A stretch of 64,000 nucleotides of DNA, from assembly GCA_963676615.1 (NCBI GenBank), contig OY781092.1, positions 32,586 through 96,585 on the forward strand, written 5' to 3'. Below, one piece after another: positions 58,411 through 64,000 of the stretch. Below the pieces are notes generated by a model. That model saw only the letters and a program-made list of their open reading frames with translations. It ran no database searches and was not told the origin of the DNA. This DNA is from Candidatus Cloacimonadota bacterium. Its GTDB lineage: Bacteria; Cloacimonadota; Cloacimonadia; G963667145. Position 1 is the first letter of the stretch. Every line of letters starts with the position of its first letter. Made by a program: the position numbers and the translations under genes.

Positions 58411-59583
58411 TTACAGATTGAGCTTAGGTAGGGCGTCGATGGCGGCGTCCTTGACCCTATCAACAAGGTGAGCATAAATTTGTGTAGGCTTGATAGAAGA
58501 ATGCCCAAGCAGCCTAGAGACAGTGTAGATATCGACTCCCTTGCTGAGCAGGAGAGTTGCAAATGTGTGCCGAGCGCAATGAAAAGTGATGTGTTTTTTT
58601 ATTCCCGAATTGGCGACCCACAGTCGCATCACCTGGCTGATATAGTTGGAATACGGAATTTTAAAGACGAATTTACTCTTGCCTTGCAACTCTTTTTGTT
58701 CGGCAAGGACTTTGTTTGCGTCGTCGTTTAGCTTCAGACTCGCTATTTCTCCTGTTTTTTCTTGTGAAATGTTAATAAAATTAGAGTTTTGAGTGTTTGA
58801 TGAAATTTCTTGAAATTTTAAGTTTCGCAAGTCGCTAATGCGGAGCCCTGTGCAGCAGCTAAAGATAAAGGCGTTGCGGATTTGAGTAGAGCTGCAAGGA
58901 GTTAATACTAACTTTCTTAGTTCATCTTCGTTTAAAAATTCTCGTGGTTTTTGCGCTACTTTGATGGTAATGCCCGTCGCGGGAGATTTGTTGATGAGCC
59001 CATCGGCAATCGCAGAGTTGAAGCAAGTTTTTAGGACTCTAAAGTAAGTTTGCATTGTATTAGCCGCGATTGCTTTTTTAAGACCTTTGCTTGTTTTAGT
59101 TGACTCATCGCTTCCGTCTAAAGTCTTTTTGAAATCGATCAACATTTTATTTGTTACATTTTGGATAAGGCAATCTTTACCCAAAAAATCTTTGATGCGA
59201 CGATATACCACCCACCAGTTTCTGTTTTGCTCTTTTTTCTGCCCTTTTGAAATTCTTAAAGCGTCTCGGTTTGCGGCAAGCTTGGCTAAATATTCGAGAA
59301 AATAGACATCTTTTTCACTCGCTAAATCAAATGCCTTGTTTTGCAAAATTTGACTTTCATTTTTCTGCTGAATAGCAAAAACAAGTCTAAGTTTATTTTC
59401 GTTTTCAGCTTTTTGTTGCGGGTTTGACGACAAATATACATCAAGGAATTTGCGGGTCCGTTTGCCGTTTTTGTTCATTTCAAGATAAAGCGAATATCCG
59501 TTTTTTATGACATTAAAGCGAACTTTCACTTTTTTTAGGTTATTACATCCTGCTAGGATGTTTTCGAGTCTTTTTTTAGTCAT
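58411..59583 (-). CDS. int: Tyrosine site-specific integrase
   Basis: Catalytic R (TGLRISD), HCARHTFAT and LGHSSIKPTQIYAH (H-x-x-R ... H ... Y). N-terminal arm-binding and SAM-like domains. Confidence 0.92.
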   Translation of the reverse strand: MTKKRLENILAGCNNLKKVKVRFNVIKNGYSLYLEMNKNGKRTRKFLDVYLSSNPQQKAENENKLRLVFAIQQKNESQILQNKAFDLASEKDVYFLEYLAKLAANRDALRISKGQKKEQNRNWWVVYRRIKDFLGKDCLIQNVTNKMLIDFKKTLDGSDESTKTSKGLKKAIAANTMQTYFRVLKTCFNSAIADGLINKSPATGITIKVAQKPREFLNEDELRKLVLTPCSSTQIRNAFIFSCCTGLRISDLRNLKFQEISSNTQNSNFINISQEKTGEIASLKLNDDANKVLAEQKELQGKSKFVFKIPYSNYISQVMRLWVANSGIKKHITFHCARHTFATLLLSKGVDIYTVSRLLGHSSIKPTQIYAHLVDRVKDAAIDALPKLNL

Positions 59584-60050
59584 TTTTGTAACCTAGCCCC
59601 TTAGATTTGGTTTAAAAATCGGTTTGACAAATTTTGTCTTGCTGGTTTTTTATTTTTCAGCAAAAAATCAAAAGAAAGTCACTTGTCAAGAAGAAAAGGA
59701 CACAAAGAGAACTATTAAAAATGGGTTTGAAAAATTTCAATGGCAGCTTTCCGAGGTTTTGTTTGCCCTAATTACTTTATTTATATAGTTAAGTGTGGGT
59801 TCGGGAGTAGCCAAGAAAAATTGTTATTTTTGTTTTGTAACTTTTGGTATTTTGTCAAAATTTGAGGTTTAAAATAGGGAGTCTGACTTTTTTCAGTTTG
59901 AGAAAGTCGAAAAATGAAAATTGAAAGTCGCTAAAAAGACAATTTAGGGAAATTCAAGAGAAAACACAAAGAAAATAAAAAGTTGCTAACAGTTTATATC
60001 TTGTTGAAATTGCTTACTTTTAGATGTTTTTTGCTTTTTTAAAAGTAAAT

Positions 60051-60125
<75 letters not shown>

Positions 60126-60131
60126 TCTTCT

Positions 60132-60638
60132 TTAAAAATCGTAAGAAAGACTCACTGCCTGATTTTCGGGCTGAAACTCCAGACGAATCTCCCTTTTCAT
60201 AATATAATAGTTGTATAACCTAGCGTCAACAAAAGCGTCCAACATCGAAAAAAGCGTCAAGCCGATCACCCAGCCGATATAGCTTTGCCGCTTCTCGTAG
60301 TTGTGTTTATAAAGGCTCTCGTTCTTGTCCTTATCCACTTTTTGCAAATCTTTATTATACTCGTAGGCTTTTTCCAAATGATGCACAAACAGTCCAGCAA
60401 AAATAAAACCTTTTATGTAACTTTTGTTGTAAAACTGACCACCGCCGGGGATAGTCGCCGAGAGCAAAATCGCTTTGTAGGCGTTTTTTTTGTCGAAAAG
60501 ATATTTGCCCTCCACTTTGTCGGGATGCACAGATTTGCCGTCGTCGATTTTTTGCAAAGCCTGCTGGCTTTTTCCTTGCAAACCCCACAAACTGCCAAGA
60601 ACCATGAGTAGTAGCAGCGTCAAAAATCTCCTCATCAT
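60132..60638 (-). CDS. DUF5683-like membrane protein
   Basis: Signal-like N-terminus. The LSATIPGGGQFYNKSY motif resembles DUF5683. Confidence 0.55.
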   Translation of the reverse strand: MMRRFLTLLLLMVLGSLWGLQGKSQQALQKIDDGKSVHPDKVEGKYLFDKKNAYKAILLSATIPGGGQFYNKSYIKGFIFAGLFVHHLEKAYEYNKDLQKVDKDKNESLYKHNYEKRQSYIGWVIGLTLFSMLDAFVDARLYNYYIMKREIRLEFQPENQAVSLSYDF

Positions 60639-61171
60639 CCTAGATAACGCTCCTGCTCGCTATAAATGCATCCGCAATACTGCTGGCGATACATCCCCTC
60701 TTGTTTGGACATCTCAATTCCCTCTTTCCAAAAAACTCTCAAGTCTGTATCCAAAAATTTCACGCCGTATTTTTTGGCAAGATTTTTGCCGATTTCGATG
60801 ATTTGCTCAAAATTTTGGAACTTGCTGTAGAGTAAAGTTGTGCCGAAAAAATCGAAATTTCCTTTCTTTGCAATGATAGCCGTATATTGCAATCGCTGGA
60901 AATAGCAAATTTGGCAGCGGTTCTCTTCGCGAAAGCAAACATCTTGCACGAACTTTTTCACATCGTATTCGTCTTTGACGATGCTCTTTGCGTTCTGACT
61001 CGCCACAAAATTTTGCAGGCACTCAAGCCGCTTTTGATACTCTGTATAAGGGTGAATATTGTGATTGAACCAAAAAACGCTCGTGTCGAATTTTTGTGAT
61101 AGATGCCGATACGGCGCAACAAGGCAAGGCGCGCAGCACGCGTGCAAAAGGAGCTTTTTCTTAGCGGGCAT
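60635..61171 (-). CDS. queH: Epoxyqueuosine reductase QueH
   Basis: LLLHACCAPC N-terminal motif and C-terminal YRQQYCGC. Confidence 0.85.
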   Translation of the reverse strand: MPAKKKLLLHACCAPCLVAPYRHLSQKFDTSVFWFNHNIHPYTEYQKRLECLQNFVASQNAKSIVKDEYDVKKFVQDVCFREENRCQICYFQRLQYTAIIAKKGNFDFFGTTLLYSKFQNFEQIIEIGKNLAKKYGVKFLDTDLRVFWKEGIEMSKQEGMYRQQYCGCIYSEQERYLG

Positions 61172-61658
61172 TGTCTTTTTTTAGGTGAACAAAAATTTTG
61201 ATAAATTTTTCGCAAAGTCGCCAAACGCTGGTGAGCAAAAACTCTTTTTTTCGCAGAGGATCGACCAAAATCGTGCACATCCCCAGCCTGTGAGCAAAGC
61301 AAATATCGGTAATCATATTATCGCCGATAAAAAGCGTTTTTTTGGGGTCGATTTTGTAGGTGGTGAGCAGATGCACGGCTTTGCGGATGCTGGGTTTATA
61401 GCAAGCGCCAAAAGCTTTTAGTGGCAGAGCTTGGCAACTTTTTCGCACCCTTTTTTGGTTGCCGTTTGAAAAAACAAACAGCCGAAATTTTTTGTTCAGC
61501 TGCCCAATTTTGTCAGAAATTTCTGTGGGAATTTCGCCGTTCCAGCGGGTGAGCGTGTTGTCGTAGTCAAAAATCAAAGTGTCGTAATGCACAAAGCGGT
61601 CAAAATCGATTTGCGCAACAGAGCTGAAATAGTGGTCTGGTCTAAAAATTCCGAACAT
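61161..61658 (-). CDS. YqeG-family HAD-IIIA phosphatase
   Basis: LIFDYDNTL (DxDxT), VFSNGN and GDNMITDI motifs. Confidence 0.8.
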   Translation of the reverse strand: MFGIFRPDHYFSSVAQIDFDRFVHYDTLIFDYDNTLTRWNGEIPTEISDKIGQLNKKFRLFVFSNGNQKRVRKSCQALPLKAFGACYKPSIRKAVHLLTTYKIDPKKTLFIGDNMITDICFAHRLGMCTILVDPLRKKEFLLTSVWRLCEKFIKIFVHLKKDNAR

Positions 61659-61662
61659 TTTT

Positions 61663-62355
61663 TTAGTAGAGGTGGTTTAAGAAATCGTCGAAAACATTGG
61701 AGATGCCAAAGCTGATGGAGTAGGTCTGATATTTTGTGCTAAGGTTATACAAGTCAGTGATTTGCACCTCTTCGCCTGCGGAATTTTTCGTGGAAAATTC
61801 GTGTTTGAAATCGTTGTTGTCGGCTTGGTAATTTTTGATCATAAACTCGATGTGGATGTCCGAAAAAACTTTGCAGCCAAGTCCGTAGCCGAAGTAAGAG
61901 CCGTCTTCCAAATTGCCTGTGTTGTAGGGGTTGCTGCCTTTGCTGTAGGCGATGCCTTGTTGATAGATGGCGTAGAAATCGGCGTCGTTTTTGTATTCGT
62001 AGAAGTGAAAATTGGTCAGCAGGTATGCGGGGATGAAGTAGAAATCGCCGAAATCGCCGCTGGAGGTTGGCACCTGGTAGCCGACGCCAGCTCCGAGGTC
62101 GAACCGCCAGATTTTGGTGTATAGTGCGACATCCAGCGAGTAGGTGTTGACATTTTTGGTCGTCGGCGCAAAAGTCGTGTCGGTAATCGTTCCCACGGGT
62201 TTGTAGGAGATGTCCAACTTTTTGCCGATATCGAAATTGCTTTTTGCCTTAAAAGTTAGCGGAAAGCTACTGCCAAAAATCGACTCGTAGGAGTCGTTTG
62301 CGTAGAGGAAACAGCTTGAGAACAAAGCAATTAGGAGGAAACTTTTTTTTATCAT
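61663..62355 (-). CDS. Outer-membrane beta-barrel protein
   Basis: Signal peptide, alternating aromatic/Gly beta-strand pattern and a C-terminal aromatic residue. Confidence 0.6.
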   Translation of the reverse strand: MIKKSFLLIALFSSCFLYANDSYESIFGSSFPLTFKAKSNFDIGKKLDISYKPVGTITDTTFAPTTKNVNTYSLDVALYTKIWRFDLGAGVGYQVPTSSGDFGDFYFIPAYLLTNFHFYEYKNDADFYAIYQQGIAYSKGSNPYNTGNLEDGSYFGYGLGCKVFSDIHIEFMIKNYQADNNDFKHEFSTKNSAGEEVQITDLYNLSTKYQTYSISFGISNVFDDFLNHLY

Positions 62356-62379
62356 AAATTGTTTTTTTCTTTAAAAAAA

Positions 62380-62456
62380 TGGCGCCCCCGGGCCGATTCG
62401 AACAGCCGACCTTTTCCTTAGGAGGGAACCGCTCTATCCTGTTGAGCTACGGGGGC
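62380..62456 (-). tRNA. tRNA-Arg (anticodon CCT)
   Basis: Manual cloverleaf: acceptor GCCCCCG/CGGGGGC, D arm GCTC/GAGC, anticodon loop CTCCTAA, T arm GGCTG-TTCGAAT-CGGCC, encoded CCA. Confidence 0.85.
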
Positions 62457-62690
62457 ACAACCTTGAGCCGATTTTTGCAAAGCGACTATTTCTATGCTCA
62501 AAACATCGGGCAAGAGCTTATAAGGCAAGAAAATTTTATATTTTTTAGCGAAATCTAAAAAAAGTTGCTAGCCCGCTGCCCTTTAGCGCGCCGCTCAAAA
62601 AATCCTTGACAATCTGCTGGTTCGGCAAGATTAAATTTGCAACTTGAAAAGAAATTGGGTTGCTTTTTGTCACAAATTAAGGAGGCAGTT

Positions 62691-63896
62691 GTGGTTGATC
62701 TAACAAAAAAAATGTCAAGGCTGGCTAGCAGAGGCGAGCGGTCTGTTATTCGTGAAATTTTGAAATTGCTCGGCAACGGCGATATCATCTCGTTTGCTGG
62801 CGGTTTGCCTTCGCCAGAATCTTTTCCCATCGATGAAATCCGAAAAATTGCCGACAAGGTGCTGGAGCAAGAGGGCGCTTTGGCGCTGCAATACGCTTCC
62901 ACCGAAGGCGATGCGGTGCTTTGTGAGCAAATCGCCAAATACAATAATCGCAAAAATTTTGGGATAACCGCCGAGAATATTTTGCCCACAGCCTCGTCGC
63001 AACAGGCGCTGGACATCGTCGGCAGGATGCTCCTGAACAAAGGCGACAACATCATTATGGGGCTGCCCTCGTATTTGGGAGCGATTAACGCGTTCAAGGC
63101 TTATCAGCCGAATATCATTGGCGTGAAGCACGATGAGTGCGGGCTTTCGGCGCAGCTTTTGGAGGAGAAACTGGCGGAATTGCAAGCCAAGGGTGAGAGT
63201 GCAAAATTCGTCTATCTTGTCCCCGATTTTCAAAATCCTGCGGGAATAACTATGCCCCAAAAAAGGCGGCTGGAGATTTTGGCGCTCGCCAAAAAATACG
63301 ACCTTTTGATAATCGAAGACTCGCCGTATTGCGAAATCCGCTTTAGTGGCGAAGATCAGCCAACTTTTTACAGCCTAGACGATGATGGCAGAGTGATAAA
63401 TTTGGGCACTTTTTCCAAAATTTTAGCGCCAGGATTTCGACTCGGCTGGATAATCGCCAGCAAGGAACTGCTCGATTTTGCGATTGTGGTCAAACAGACG
63501 ATGGATCTTTGCACGAGCCCTTTTGTGCAGCGGATTGTGGGCAGATATATGGAGGCTGGTTTGCTCGAGCCGACGATCAAAAAAACTGTCGTTTCGTATC
63601 GCGAAAAAGCCAAAGCGATGTTGCAGGCTTTTCAGGAATTTATGCCCGAAGGGGTCTCGTGGACGACGCCAGAAGGCGGGCTGTTTCTCTTTTTGCATCT
63701 GCCAGAGCATATGGACTCGGAAAAGCTGATGGCTTCGGCGGTCAAAGATTACAAAGTGGCTTTTGTGCCGGGAGTCGTTTTTCATTGCGATGGATCGGGC
63801 AAAAATACGCTGCGGATGAACTTTTCGTATGAGTCGGCAGAAACCATCAGAGAAGGCGTGCAGCGCTTGGCAAAGGCGATTGCCGCAAATCTCTAG
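62691..63896 (+). CDS. PLP-dependent aminotransferase (class I/II, 2-aminoadipate/ARO8-like)
   Basis: FAGGLPSPESFP, YLVPDFQNPAG and LGTFSKILAPGFRLGW (PLP Lys). GTG 62691 follows a AAGGAGG SD. Confidence 0.8.
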   Translation: MVDLTKKMSRLASRGERSVIREILKLLGNGDIISFAGGLPSPESFPIDEIRKIADKVLEQEGALALQYASTEGDAVLCEQIAKYNNRKNFGITAENILPTASSQQALDIVGRMLLNKGDNIIMGLPSYLGAINAFKAYQPNIIGVKHDECGLSAQLLEEKLAELQAKGESAKFVYLVPDFQNPAGITMPQKRRLEILALAKKYDLLIIEDSPYCEIRFSGEDQPTFYSLDDDGRVINLGTFSKILAPGFRLGWIIASKELLDFAIVVKQTMDLCTSPFVQRIVGRYMEAGLLEPTIKKTVVSYREKAKAMLQAFQEFMPEGVSWTTPEGGLFLFLHLPEHMDSEKLMASAVKDYKVAFVPGVVFHCDGSGKNTLRMNFSYESAETIREGVQRLAKAIAANL

Positions 63897-63916
63897 GCGA
63901 TTTTGAGGGAAAGTTT

Positions 63917-64000
63917 ATGAAATGCGAACACTGCGGGGCGAAAATCGTCGGCGACCCAACTTTTTGCGCAGCTTGCGGCAAACCGACGGCTTTGCTTTCG
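63917..64000 (+). CDS. Zinc-ribbon domain protein, 3' end outside window
   Basis: MKCEHCGAKI...FCAACGKP double CxxC. The ORF runs off the window. Confidence 0.5.
   Translation, partial: MKCEHCGAKIVGDPTFCAACGKPTALLS

Noticed and set aside
62555-63260. Minus-strand ORFs of 180-181 aa
   Set aside because: They are antisense to the aminotransferase gene, so they are shadow ORFs.

Overview
All calls come from reading the ORF translations and the DNA by eye. No database search was run, so family names are motif-level recognitions and need HMM/BLAST confirmation.

This is a bacterial chromosomal segment. DUF5683, a BioYMN-type module and the integrase type hint weakly at an FCB-like lineage.

**Left host block (1-28 kb).** It carries a GH13-like gene and the cell-shape cluster mreB-mreC-mreD-mrdA-rodA. 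It also carries a DUF1007/NicO metal-transport pair, hemolysin-III, hpt, an XdhC-like gene, ispG, a TPR protein, plsC, rsfS, argS and dpaL. A long minus-strand run follows: bioY, ECF ATPase, ECF T component, rsmD, purA, prmC, trxB, a PP-loop ATPase and Fic.

**Prophage (about 28.05-60.07 kb, roughly 32 kb).** It is integrated at the 3' end of tRNA-Thr(CGT) and is bounded by a 13-bp direct repeat.
- Replication and DNA-metabolism genes: a replication organiser, a DnaC-like loader, SSB, a RuvC-like resolvase and a C5 methyltransferase.
- Head: lambda-type terminase, gpW, portal and ClpP-like protease, with a Mu gpT-type capsid.
- Tail: Mu-type contractile tail and baseplate, plus tail fibre.
- Lysis: an unusual cassette with no canonical endolysin.
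- Accessory and lysogeny region: visibly A/T-rich, with two HicAB cassettes, a repressor operon, Xis and integrase.

**Right host block (60-64 kb).** DUF5683, queH, yqeG, an outer-membrane protein (OMP), tRNA-Arg(CCT) and an aminotransferase.

**Best candidates for something undescribed:**
1. The lysogen-expressed operon CI-repressor / TerB-like+BRCT protein / DUF2188. It sits in the position rexAB occupies in lambda.
2. An orphan Pycsar-effector-like/SLATT-like membrane protein at the early-promoter position, with a convergent small ORF overlapping its end.
3. Tandem diverged HicAB cassettes with a coupled third gene.
4. A C5-methyltransferase whose conserved motifs are split over two overlapping open frames.
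5. A holin-like/DUF5675 fusion that stands in for the missing endolysin.
6. A perfect 19-unit hexanucleotide (Pro-Glu) microsatellite in a head-module gene.
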